In this document: positions 27,211 to 39,850 of the stretch, in pieces
Layout of the letters: every line of letters starts with the position of its first letter
Numbering within the stretch: the first letter of the stretch is position 1
NCBI GenBank assembly: GCA_043228905.1
Contig: JBHGNT010000134.1
Span: 1-64,000 of the forward strand
DNA: 64,000 bases
Reading direction: 5' to 3'
Origin: Azolla caroliniana
Lineage: Eukaryota; Plantae; Polypodiophyta
The notes under the pieces: generated by a model
The model's input: the letters and a program-made list of their open reading frames with translations, nothing else
Databases searched by the model: none
What the model was told of the DNA's origin: nothing
Translations under genes and position numbers: made by a program

Positions 27211-30200
27211 GCGAATCGAAGCTAACAACACTAGCTATGATATGGAATTAAAAAATCAAGATTTTGAAACTCAGGTCGAGAGCCATGACGAAATTACCAC
27301 ATTTGAGGAGGGAGTTGAGAGGAGCACTTGAGTAAATTAAAATGTTCATACCTAGCGAGTGTGATATTGGATTTTTGTTTTCAAACCTCCGAATCGAAGC
27401 TAACAACGCAGGCTATGATATGGAATTAGAAAATCAAGATTTTGAAACTCAGATCGAGAGCCATGACGAAATTACCACATTTGAGGAGGGAGTTCAAAGG
27501 AGCCCTTGAGTAAATTAAAATGTTCATACCTGGCTCGTGTGATATCGGATTTTTGTGTTCAAACATGCGAATCGAAGCTAACAACGCTAGCTATGATATG
27601 GAATTAAAAAATCAAGATTTTGAAACTCAGGTCAAGAGACATGACGAAATTACCAAATTTCAGGAGGGAGTTGAGAGGAGCACTTGAGTAAATTAAAATG
27701 TTCATACCTAGCGAGTGTGATATTGGATTTTTGTTTTCAAACCTCCGAATCGAAGCTAACAACGCAGGCTATGATATGGAATTAGAAAATCAAGATTTTG
27801 AAACTCAGGTCGAGAGACATGACGAAATTACCACATTTGAGGAGGGAGTTCAGAGGAGCTCTTGAGTAAATTAAAATGTTCATACCTGGCGAGTGTGATA
27901 TCGGATTTTTGTGTTCAAACTTGCGAATCGAAGCTAATAACGCTAGCTATGATATGGAATTAAAAAATCAAGATTTTGAAACTCAGGTCGAGAGACATGA
28001 CGAAATTACCACATTTGAGGAGGGAGTTGAGAGGAGCTCTTGAGTAAATTAAAATGTTCATACCTGGCGAGTGTGATATCGGATTTTTGTTTTCAAACTT
28101 GTGAATCGAAGCTAACAACGCAGGCTATGATATGGAATTAAAAAATCAAGATTTTGAAACTCAGGTCGAGAGACATGACGAAATTACCACATTTGAGGAG
28201 GGAGTTCAAAGGAGCCCTTGAGTAAAGGAAAATGTTCATACCTGGCGAGTGTGATATCGGATTTTTGTGTTCAAACATGCGAATCGAAGCTAACAACGCT
28301 AGCTATGATATGGAATTAAACATTGAAGATTTTGAAACTCAGGTCGAGAGACATGACGAAATTACCACATTTGAGGAGGGAGTTCAGAGGAGGTCTTGAG
28401 TAAATTAAAATGTTCATACCTGGCGAGTGTGATATCGGATTTTTGTGTTCAAACATGGAATCGAAGCTAACAACGCTAGCTATGATATGGAATGAAAAAA
28501 TCAAGATTTTGAAACTCAGGTCGAGAGACATGACGAAATTACCACATTTGAGGAGGGAGTTCAGAGGAGCTCTTGAGTAAATTAAAATGTTCATACCTGG
28601 CGAGTGTGATATCGGATTTTTGTATTCAAACCTGCGAATCGAAGCTAACAACGTTAGCTATGATAAGGAATTAAACATTCAAGATTTTGAAACTCAAGTC
28701 GAGAGACATGACGAAATTACCAAATTTTAGGAGGGAGTTCAGAGGAGCTCTTGAGTAAATTAAAATGTTCATACCTAGCGAGTGTGATATCGGATTTTTG
28801 TGTTCAAACTTGCGAATCGAAGCTAACAACGCTAGCTATGATATGGAATTAAAAAATCAAGATTTTGAAACTAAGGTCGAGAGACATGACCAAATTACAA
28901 AATTTAAGGAATGAGTTGAGAAGAGCTAGTAGGTAAATTAAAATGTTCATACCTAGCTCGTGTGATATCGGATTTTTGTGTTCAAACATGCGAATCGAAG
29001 CTAACAACGCTAGCTATCATATGGAGTTAAAAAATCAAGATTTGGAAACTCAGGTCGAGAGACATGACGAAATTACCAAATTTGAGGAGGGAGTTGAGAG
29101 GAGCCCTTTAGTAAATTAAAATGTTCATACCTGGCGAGTGTGATATCGGATTTTTGTGTTCCAACTTGCGAATCGAAGCTAACAACGCAGGCTATGATAT
29201 GGAATTAAACATCCTAGATTTTGAAACTCAGGTCGAGAGACATGACGAAATTACCACATTTGAGGAGGGAGTTCAGAGGAGCTCTTGAGTAAATTAAAAT
29301 GTTCATACCTGGCGAGTGTGATATCGGATTTTTGTGTTCAAACATGCGAATCGAAGCTAACAACGCTAGCTATGATATGGAAATAAAAATCAAGATTTTG
29401 AAACTCAGGTCGAGAGACATGACGAAATTACCACATTTGAGGAGGGAGTTGAGAGGAGCTCTTGAGTAAATTAAAATGTTCATACCTGGCGAGTGTGATA
29501 TCGGATTTTTGTTTTCAAACTTGTGAATCGAAGCTAACAACGCAGGCTATGATATGGAATTAAAAAATCAAGATTTTGAAACTCAGGTCGAGAGACATGA
29601 CGAAATTACCACATTTGAGGAGGGAGTTCAAAGGAGCCCTTGAGTAAAGGAAAATGTTCATACCTGGCGAGTGTGATATCGGATTTTTGTGTTCAAACTT
29701 GCGAATCGAAGCTAACAACGCTAGCTATGATATGGAATTAAAAAATCAAGATTTTGAAACTCAGGTCGAGAGACATGACGAAATTACCACATTTGAGGAG
29801 GGAGTTCAGAGGAGCTCTTGAGTAAATTAAAATGTTCATACCTGGCGAGTGTGATATCGGATTTTTGTGTTCAAACCTGCGAATCGAAGCTAACAACGTT
29901 AGCTATGATAAGAAATTAAACATTCAAGATTTTGAAACTCAAGTCGAGAGACATGACGAAATTACCAAATTATAGGAGGGAGTTCAGAGGAGCTCTTGAG
30001 TAAACTAAAATGTTCATACCTAGCGAGTGTGATATCGGATTTTTGTGTTCAAACTTGCGAATCGAAGCTAACAACGCTAGCTATGATATGGAATTAAAAA
30101 ATCAAGATTTTGAAACTAAGGTCGAGAGACATGACCAAATTACCAAATTTAAGGAATGAGTTGAGAAGAGCTAGTAGGTAAATTAAAATGTTCATACCTG

Positions 30201-31480
30201 GCTCGTGTGATATCGGATTTTTGTGTTCAAACATGCGAATCGAAGCTAACAACGCTAGCTATGATATGGAGTTAAAAAATCAAGATTTGGAAACTCAGGT
30301 CGAGAGACATGACGAAATTACCAAATTTGAGGAGGGAGTTGAGAGGAGCCCTTTAGTAAATTAAAATGTTCATACCTGGCGAGTGTGATATCGGATTTTT
30401 GTGTTCCAACTTGCGAATCGAAGCTAACAACGCAGGCTATGATATGGAATTAAACATCCTAGATTTTGAAACTCAGGTCGAGAGACATGACGAAATTACC
30501 ACATTTGAGGAGGGAGTTCAGAGGAGCTCTTGAGTAAATTAAAATGTTCATACCTGGCTCGTGTGATATCGGATTTTTGTGTTCAAACTTGCGAATCGAA
30601 GCTAACAACGCTAGCTATGATATGGAATTAAAAAATCAAGATTTTGAAACTAAGGTCGAGAGACATGACCAAATTACCAAATTTAAGGAATGAGTTGAGA
30701 AGAGCTAGTAGGTAAATTAAAATGTTCATACCTGGCTCGTGTGATATCGGATTTTTGTGTTCAAACATGCGAATCGAAGCTAACAACGCTAGCTATGATA
30801 TGGAGTTAAAAAATCAAGATTTGGAAACTCAGGTCGAGAGACATGACGAAATTACCAAATTTGAGGAGGGAGTTGAGAGGAGCCCTTTAGTAAATTAAAA
30901 TGTTCATACCTGGCGAGTGTGATATCGGATTTTTGTGTTCAAACATGCGAATCGAAGCTAACAACGCTAGCTATGATATGGAATTAAAAAATCAAGATTT
31001 TGAAACTCAGGTCGAGAGACATGACGAAATTACCACATTTGAGGAGGGAGTTGAGAGGAGCTCTTGAGTAAATTAAAATGTTCATACCTGGCGAGTGTGA
31101 TATCGGATTTTTGTGTTCAAACTTGCGAATCGAAGCTAACAACGCTAGCTATGATATGGAATTAAAAAATCAAGATTTTGAAACTAAGGTCGAGAGACAT
31201 GGCGAAATTACCAAATTTAAGGAATGAGTTGAGAAGAGCTAGTAGGTAAATTAAAATGTTCATACCTGGCTCGTGTGATATCGGATTTTTGTGTTCAAAC
31301 ATGCGAATCGAAGCTAACAACGCTAGCTATGATATGGAGTTAAAAAATCAAGATTTGGAAACTCAGGTCGAGAGACATGACGAAATTACCAAATTTGAGG
31401 AGGGAGTTGAGAGGAGCCCTTTAGTAAATTAAAATGTTCATACCTGGCGAGTGTGATATCGGATTTTTGTGTTCAAACAT
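22940..31480 (+). repeat. 24-monomer HOR (4270 bp), tandem copies 2 and 3
   Basis: Offset 4270 for CACTAGC (22959/27229), the ORF marker (24046/28316), GGAAATAAAAAT (25111/29381) and GGCGAAA (26931/31201). Confidence 0.93.
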
Positions 31481-31499
31481 GTGAATCGAAGCTAACAAC

Positions 31500-34400
31500 G
31501 CTAGCTATGATATGGAATTAAAAAATCAAGATTTTGAAACTCAGGTCGAGAGACATGACGAAATTACCACATTTGAGGAGTGAGGTTGGAAGAGCTAGTA
31601 GGTAAATTAAAATGTTCATACCTGGCTCGTGTGGTATCGGATGTTTGTGCTCAAACATGCGAATCGAAGCTAACAACGCTAGCTATGATATGGAATTAAA
31701 AAATCAAGATTTTAAAACTCAGGTCGAGAGACATGACGAAATTACCACATTTGAGGAGGGAGTTCAGAGGAGCTCTTGAGTAAATTAAAATGTTCATACC
31801 TGGCGAGTGTGATATCGGATTTTTGTGTTCAAACATGTGAATCGAAGGTAACAACGCTAGCTATGATATGGAATTAAACATTCAAGATTTTGAAACTCAG
31901 GTCGAGAGACATGACGAAATTACCACATTTGAGGAGGGAGTTCAGAGGAGCTCTTGAGTAAATTAAAATGTTCATACCTGGCGAGTGTGATATCGGATTT
32001 TTGTGTTCAAACATGCGAATCGAAGCTAACAACGTTAGCTATGATATGGAATTAAACATTCAAGATTTTGAAACTCAAGTCGAGAGACATGACGAAATTA
32101 CCAAATTTTAGGAGGGAGTTCAGAGGAGCTCTTGAGTAAATTAAAATGTTCATACCTAGCGAGTGTGATATCGGATTTTTGTGTTCAAACTTGCGAATCG
32201 AAGCTAACAACGCTAGCTATGATATGGAATTAAAAAATCAAGATTTTAAAACTCAGGTCGAGAGACATGACGAAATTACCAAATTTGAGGAATGAGTTGA
32301 GAAGAGCTAGTACGTAAATTAAAATGTTCATACCTGGCGAGTGTGATATCAGATTTTTGTGTTCAAACATGCGAATCGAAGCTAACAACGCTAGCTATGA
32401 TATGGAATTAAAAAATCAAGATTTTGAAACTCAGGTCGAGAGACATGACGAAATTACCAAATTTAAGGTATTAGTTGAGAAGAGCTAGTAGGTAAATTAA
32501 AATGTTCATACCTGGCTCGTGTGATATCGGATGTTTGTGTTCAAATATGCGAATCGAAGCTAACAACGCTTGCTATGATATGGAGTTAAAAAATCAAGAT
32601 TTTGAATCTCAGGTCGAGAGACATGACGAAATTACCAAATTTGAGGACTAAGTTAAGAAGAGCTAGTAGGTAAATTAAAATGTTCATACCTGGCTCGTGT
32701 GATATCGGATTTTTGTGTTCAAACATGTGAATCGAAGCTAACAACGCTAGCTATGATATGGAATTAAAAAATGAAGATTTTGAAACTCAGGTCGAGAGAC
32801 ATGACGAAATTACCAAATTTGAGGAGGGAGTTGAGAGGAGCCCTTGAGTAAATTAAAATGTTCATACCTGGCGAGTGTGATATCGGATTTTTGTGTTCAA
32901 ACTTGCGAATCGAAGCTAACAACGCTAGCTATCATCTGGAATTAAAAAATCAAGATTTTGAAACTCAGGTCGAGAGACATGACGAAATTACCAAATTTGA
33001 GGAGGGAGTTTAGAGGAGCTAGTAGGTAAATTAAAATGTTCATACCTGGCTCGTGTGATATCGGATTTTTGTTTTCAAACTTGCGAATCGAAGCTAACAA
33101 CGCAGGCTATGATATGGAATTAAAAAATCAAGATTTTGAAACTCAGGTCGAGAGACATGACGAAATTACCACATTTGAGGAGGGAGTTCAAAGGATCCCT
33201 TGAGTAAAGGAAAATGTTCATACCTGGCGAGTGTGATATCGGATTTTTGTGTTCAAACTTGCGAATCGAAGCTAACAACGCTAGCTATGATATGGAATTA
33301 AAAAATCAAGATTTTAAAACTCAGGTCGAGAGACATGACGAAATTACCACATTTGAGGAGGGAGTTCAGAGGAGCTCTTGAGTAAATTAAAATGTTCATA
33401 CCTGGCGAGTGTGATATCGGATTTTTGTGTTCAAACATGTGAATCGAAGGTAACAACGCTAGCTATGATATGGAATTAAACATTCAAGATTTTGAAACTC
33501 AGGTCGAGAGACATGACGAAATTACCACATTTGAGGAGGGAGTTCAGAGGAGCTCTTGAGTAAATTAAAATGTTCATACCTGGCGAGTGTGATATCGGAT
33601 TTTTGTGTTCAAACATGCGAATCGAAGCTAACAACGTTAGCTATGATATGGAATTAAACATTCAAGATTTTGAAACTCAAGTCGAGAGACATGACGAAAT
33701 TACCAAATTTTAGGAGGGAGTTCAGAGGAGCTCTTGAGTAAATTAAAATGTTCATACCTAGCGAGTGTGATATCGGATTTTTGTGTTCAAACTTGCGAAT
33801 CGAAGCTAACAACGCTAGCTATGATATGGAATTAAAAAATCAAGATTTTGAAACTAAGGTCGAGAGACATGACCAAATTACCAAATTTAAGGAATGAGTT
33901 GAGAAGAGCTAGTAGGTAAATTAAAATGTTCATACCTGGCTCGTGTGATATCGGATTTTTGTGTTCAAACATGCGAATCGAAGCTAACAACGCTAGCTAT
34001 GATATGGAGTTAAAAAATCAAGATTTGGAAACTCAGGTCGAGAGACATGACGAAATTACCAAATTTGAGGAGGGAGTTGAGAGGAGCCCTTTAGTAAATT
34101 AAAATGTTCATACCTGGCGAGTGTGATATCGGATTTTTGTGTTCCAACTTGCGAATCGAAGCTAACAACGCAGGCTATGATATGGAATTAAACATCGTAG
34201 ATTTTGAAACTCAGGTCGAGAGACATGACGAAATTACCACATTTGAGGAGGGAGTTCAGAGGAGCTCTTGAGTAAATTAAAATGTTCATACCTGGCGAGT
34301 GTGATATCGGATTTTTGTGTTCAAACATGCGAATCGAAGCTAACAACGCTAGCTATGATATGGAATTAAAAAATCAAGATTTTGAAACTCAGGTCGAGAG

Positions 34401-37400
34401 ACATGACGAAATTACCACATTTGAGGAGGGAGTTGAGAGGAGCTCTTGAGTAAATTAAAATGTTCATACCTGGCGAGTGTGATATCGGATTTTTGTTTTC
34501 AAACTTGTGAATCGAAGCTAACAACGCAGGCTATGATATGGAATTAAAAAATCAAGATTTTGAAACTCAGGTCGAGAGACATGACGAAATTACCACATTT
34601 GAGGAGGGAGTTGAGAGGAGCTCTTGAGTAAATTAAAATGTTCATACCTGGCGAGTGTGATATCGGATTTTTGTTTTCAAACTTGTGAATCGAAGCTAAC
34701 AACGCAGGCTATGATATGGAATTAAAAAATCAAGATTTTGAAACTCAGGTCGAGAGACATGACGAAATTACCACATTTGAGGAGGGAGTTCAAAGGAGCC
34801 CTTGAGTAAAGGAAAATGTTCATACCTGGCGAGTGTGATATCGGATTTTTGTGTTCAAACATGCGAATCGAAGCTAACAACGCTAGCTATGATATGGAAT
34901 TAAACATTCAAGATTTTGAAACTCAGGTCGAGAGACATGACGAAATTACGACATTTGAGGAGGGAGTTCAGAGGAGGTCTTGAGTAAATTAAAATGTTCA
35001 TACCTGGCGAGTGTGATATCGGATTTTTGTGTTCAAACATGGAATCGAAGCTAACAACGCTAGCTATGATATGGAATTAAAAAATCAAGATTTTGAAACT
35101 CAGGTCGAGAGACATGACGAAATTACCACATTTGAGGAGGGAGTTCAGAGGAGCTCTTGAGTAAATTAAAATGTTCATACCTGGCGAGTGTGATATCGGA
35201 TTTTTGTGTTCAAACCTGCGAATCGAAGCTAACAACGTTAGCTATGATAAGGAATTAAACATTCAAGATTTTGAAACTCAAGTCGAGAGACATGACGAAA
35301 TTACCAAATTTTAGGAGGGAGTTCAGAGGAGCTCTTGAGTAAATTAAAATGTTCATACCTAGCGAGTGTGATATCGGATTTTTGTGTTCAAACTTGCGAA
35401 TCGAAGCTAACAACGCTAGCTATGATATGGAATTAAAAAATCAAGATTTTGAAACTAAGGTCGAGAGACATGACCAAATTACAAAATTTAAGGAATGAGT
35501 TGAGAAGAGCTAGTAGGTAAATTAAAATGTTCATACCTGGCTCGTGTGATATCGGATTTTTGTGTTCAAACATGCGAATCGAAGCTAACAACACTAGCTA
35601 TGATATGGAATTAAAAAATCAAGATTTTGAAACTCAGGTCGAGAGCCATGACGAAATTACCACATTTGAGGAGGGAGTTGAGAGGAGCACTTGAGTAAAT
35701 TAAAATGTTCATACCTAGCGAGTGTGATATTGGATTTTTGTTTTCAAACCTCCGAATCGAAGCTAACAACGCAGGCTATGATATGGAATTAGAAAATCAA
35801 GATTTTGAAACTCAGATCGAGAGCCATGACGAAATTACCACATTTGAGGAGGGAGTTCAAAGGAGCCCTTGAGTAAATTAAAATGTTCATACCTGGCTCG
35901 TGTGATATCGGATTTTTGTGTTCAAACATGCGAATCGAAGCTAACAACGCTAGCTATGATATGGAATTAAAAAATCAAGATTTTGAAACTCAGGTCAAGA
36001 GACATGACGAAATTACCAAATTTCAGGAGGGAGTTGAGAGGAGCACTTGAGTAAATTAAAATGTTCATACCTAGCGAGTGTGATATTGGATTTTTGTTTT
36101 CAAACCTCCGAATCGAAGCTAACAACGCAGGCTATGATATGGAATTAGAAAATCAAGATTTTGAAACTCAGGTCGAGAGACATGACGAAATTACCACATT
36201 TGAGGAGGGAGTTCAGAGGAGCTCTTGAGTAAATTAAAATGTTCATACCTGGCGAGTGTGATATCGGATTTTTGTGTTCAAACTTGCGAATCGAAGCTAA
36301 TAACGCTAGCTATGATATGGAATTAAAAAATCAAGATTTTGAAACTCAGGTCGAGAGACATGACGAAATTACCACATTTGAGGAGGGAGTTGAGAGGAGC
36401 TCTTGAGTAAATTAAAATGTTCATACCTGGCGAGTGTGATATCGGATTTTTGTTTTCAAACTTGTGAATCGAAGCTAACAACGCAGGCTATGATATGGAA
36501 TTAAAAAATCAAGATTTTGAAACTCAGGTCGAGAGACATGACGAAATTACCACATTTGAGGAGGGAGTTCAAAGGAGCCCTTGAGTAAAGGAAAATGTTC
36601 ATACCTGGCGAGTGTGATATCGGATTTTTGTGTTCAAACATGCGAATCGAAGCTAACAACGCTAGCTATGATATGGAATTAAACATTGAAGATTTTGAAA
36701 CTCAGGTCGAGAGACATGACGAAATTACCACATTTGAGGAGGGAGTTCAGAAGAGGTCTTGAGTAAATTAAAATGTTCATACCTGGCGAGTGTGATATCG
36801 GATTTTTGTGTTCAAACATGGAATCGAAGCTAACAACGCTAGCTATGATATGGAATGAAAAAATCAAGATTTTGAAACTCAGGTCGAGAGACATGACGAA
36901 ATTACCACATTTGAGGAGGGAGTTCAGAGGAGCTCTTGAGTAAATTAAAATGTTCATACCTGGCGAGTGTGATATCGGATTTTTGTATTCAAACCTGCGA
37001 ATCGAAGCTAACAACGTTAGCTATGATAAGGAATTAAACATTCAAGATTTTGAAACTCAAGTCGAGAGACATGACGAAATTACCAAATTTTAGGAGGGAG
37101 TTCAGAGGAGCTCTTGAGTAAATTAAAATGTTCATACCTAGCGAGTGTGATATCGGATTTTTGTGTTCAAACTTGCGAATCGAAGCTAACAACGCTAGCT
37201 ATGATATGGAATTAAAAAATCAAGATTTTGAAACTAAGGTCGAGAGACATGACCAAATTACAAAATTTAAGGAATGAGTTGAGAAGAGCTAGTAGGTAAA
37301 TTAAAATGTTCATACCTAGCTCGTGTGATATCGGATTTTTGTGTTCAAACATGCGAATCGAAGCTAACAACGCTAGCTATGATATGGAGTTAAAAAATCA

Positions 37401-39850
37401 AGATTTGGAAACTCAGGTCGAGAGACATGACGAAATTACCAAATTTGAGGAGGGAGTTGAGAGGAGCCCTTTAGTAAATTAAAATGTTCATACCTGGCGA
37501 GTGTGATATCGGATTTTTGTGTTCCAACTTGCGAATCGAAGCTAACAACGCAGGCTATGATATGGAATTAAACATCCTAGATTTTGAAACTCAGGTCGAG
37601 AGACATGACGAAATTACCACATTTGAGGAGGGAGTTCAGAGGAGCTCTTGAGTAAATTAAAATGTTCATACCTGGCGAGTGTGATATCGGATTTTTGTGT
37701 TCAAACATGCGAATCGAAGCTAACAACGCTAGCTATGATATGGAATTAAAAATCAAGATTTTGAAACTCAGGTCGAGAGACATGACGAAATTACCACATT
37801 TGAGGAGGGAGTTGAGAGGAGCTCTTGAGTAAATTAAAATGTTCATACCTGGCGAGTGTGATATCGGATTTTTGTTTTCAAACTTGTGAATCGAAGCTAA
37901 CAACGCAGGCTATGATATGGAATTAAAAAATCAAGATTTTGAAACTCAGGTCGAGAGACATGACGAAATTACCACATTTGAGGAGGGAGTTCAAAGGAGC
38001 CCTTGAGTAAAGGAAAATGTTCATACCTGGCGAGTGTGATATCGGATTTTTGTGTTCAAACTTGCGAATCGAAGCTAACAACGCTAGCTATGATATGGAA
38101 TTAAAAAATCAAGATTTTGAAACTCAGGTCGAGAGACATGACGAAATTACCACATTTGAGGAGGGAGTTCAGAGGAGCTCTTGAGTAAATTAAAATGTTC
38201 ATACCTGGCGAGTGTGATATCGGATTTTTGTGTTCAAACCTGCGAATCGAAGCTAACAACGTTAGCTATGATAAGAAATTAAACATTCAAGATTTTGAAA
38301 CTCAAGTCGAGAGACATGACGAAATTACCAAATTATAGGAGGGAGTTCAGAGGAGCTCTTGAGTAAACTAAAATGTTCATACCTAGCGAGTGTGATATCG
38401 GATTTTTGTGTTCAAACTTGCGAATCGAAGCTAACAACGCTAGCTATGATATGGAATTAAAAAATCAAGATTTTGAAACTAAGGTCGAGAGACATGACCA
38501 AATTACCAAATTTAAGGAATGAGTTGAGAAGAGCTAGTAGGTAAATTAAACTGTTCATACCTGGCTCGTGTGATATCGGATTTTTGTGTTCAAACATGCG
38601 AATCGAAGCTAACAACGCTAGCTATGATATGGAGTTAAAAAATCAAGATTTGGAAACTCAGGTCGAGAGACATGACGAAATTACCAAATTTGAGGAGGGA
38701 GTTGAGAGGAGCCCTTTAGTAAATTAAAATGTTCATACCTGGCGAGTGTGATATCGGATTTTTGTGTTCCAACTTGCGAATCGAAGCTAACAACGCAGGC
38801 TATGATATGGAATTAAACATCCTAGATTTTGAAACTCAGGTCGAGAGACATGACGAAATTACCACATTTGAGGAGGGAGTTCAGAGGAGCTCTTGAGTAA
38901 ATTAAAATGTTCATACCTGGCTCGTGTGATATCGGATTTTTGTGTTCAAACTTGCGAATCGAAGCTAACAACGCTAGCTATGATATGGAATTAAAAAATC
39001 AAGATTTTGAAACTAAGGTCGAGAGACATGACCAAATTACCAAATTTAAGGAATGAGTTGAGAAGAGCTAGTAGGTAAATTAAAATGTTCATACCTGGCT
39101 CGTGTGATATCGGATTTTTGTGTTCAAACATGCGAATCGAAGCTAACAACGCTAGCTATGATATGGAGTTAAAAAATCAAGATTTGGAAACTCAGGTCGA
39201 GAGACATGACGAAATTACCAAATTTGAGGAGGGAGTTGAGAGGAGCCCTTTAGTAAATTAAAATGTTCATACCTGGCGAGTGTGATATCGGATTTTTGTG
39301 TTCAAACATGCGAATCGAAGCTAACAACGCTAGCTATGATATGGAATTAAAAAATCAAGATTTTGAAACTCAGGTCGAGAGACATGACGAAATTACCACA
39401 TTTGAGGAGGGAGTTGAGAGGAGCTCTTGAGTAAATTAAAATGTTCATACCTGGCGAGTGTGATATCGGATTTTTGTGTTCAAACTTGCGAATCGAAGCT
39501 AACAACGCTAGCTATGATATGGAATTAAAAAATCAAGATTTTGAAACTAAGGTCGAGAGACATGGCGAAATTACCAAATTTAAGGAATGAGTTGAGAAGA
39601 GCTAGTAGGTAAATTAAAATGTTCATACCTGGCTCGTGTGATATCGGATTTTTGTGTTCAAACATGCGAATCGAAGCTAACAACGCTAGCTATGATATGG
39701 AGTTAAAAAATCAAGATTTGGAAACTCAGGTCGAGAGACATGACGAAATTACCAAATTTGAGGAGGGAGTTGAGAGGAGCCCTTTAGTAAATTAAAATGT
39801 TCATACCTGGCGAGTGTGATATCGGATTTTTGTGTTCAAACATGTGAATC
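31500..39850 (+). repeat. Superblock copy of ~19040-27210 (contains 24-mer copy 4), with one extra monomer
   Basis: Offset 12455 (19122/31577, 20738/33193) becomes 12633 (22308/34941, 22959/35592, 26931/39564) after a single-monomer duplication near 34440-34790. Confidence 0.9.

Noticed and set aside
9098-37014. Four near-identical 111-aa minus-strand ORFs (9098, 24046, 28316, 36679)
   Set aside because: They are read-throughs of two satellite monomers, opened by a 1-bp deletion and stop-removing SNPs. The peptide is internally repeated, starts at a non-ATG codon and recurs only because the 24-mer HOR does. They are useful only as HOR markers.
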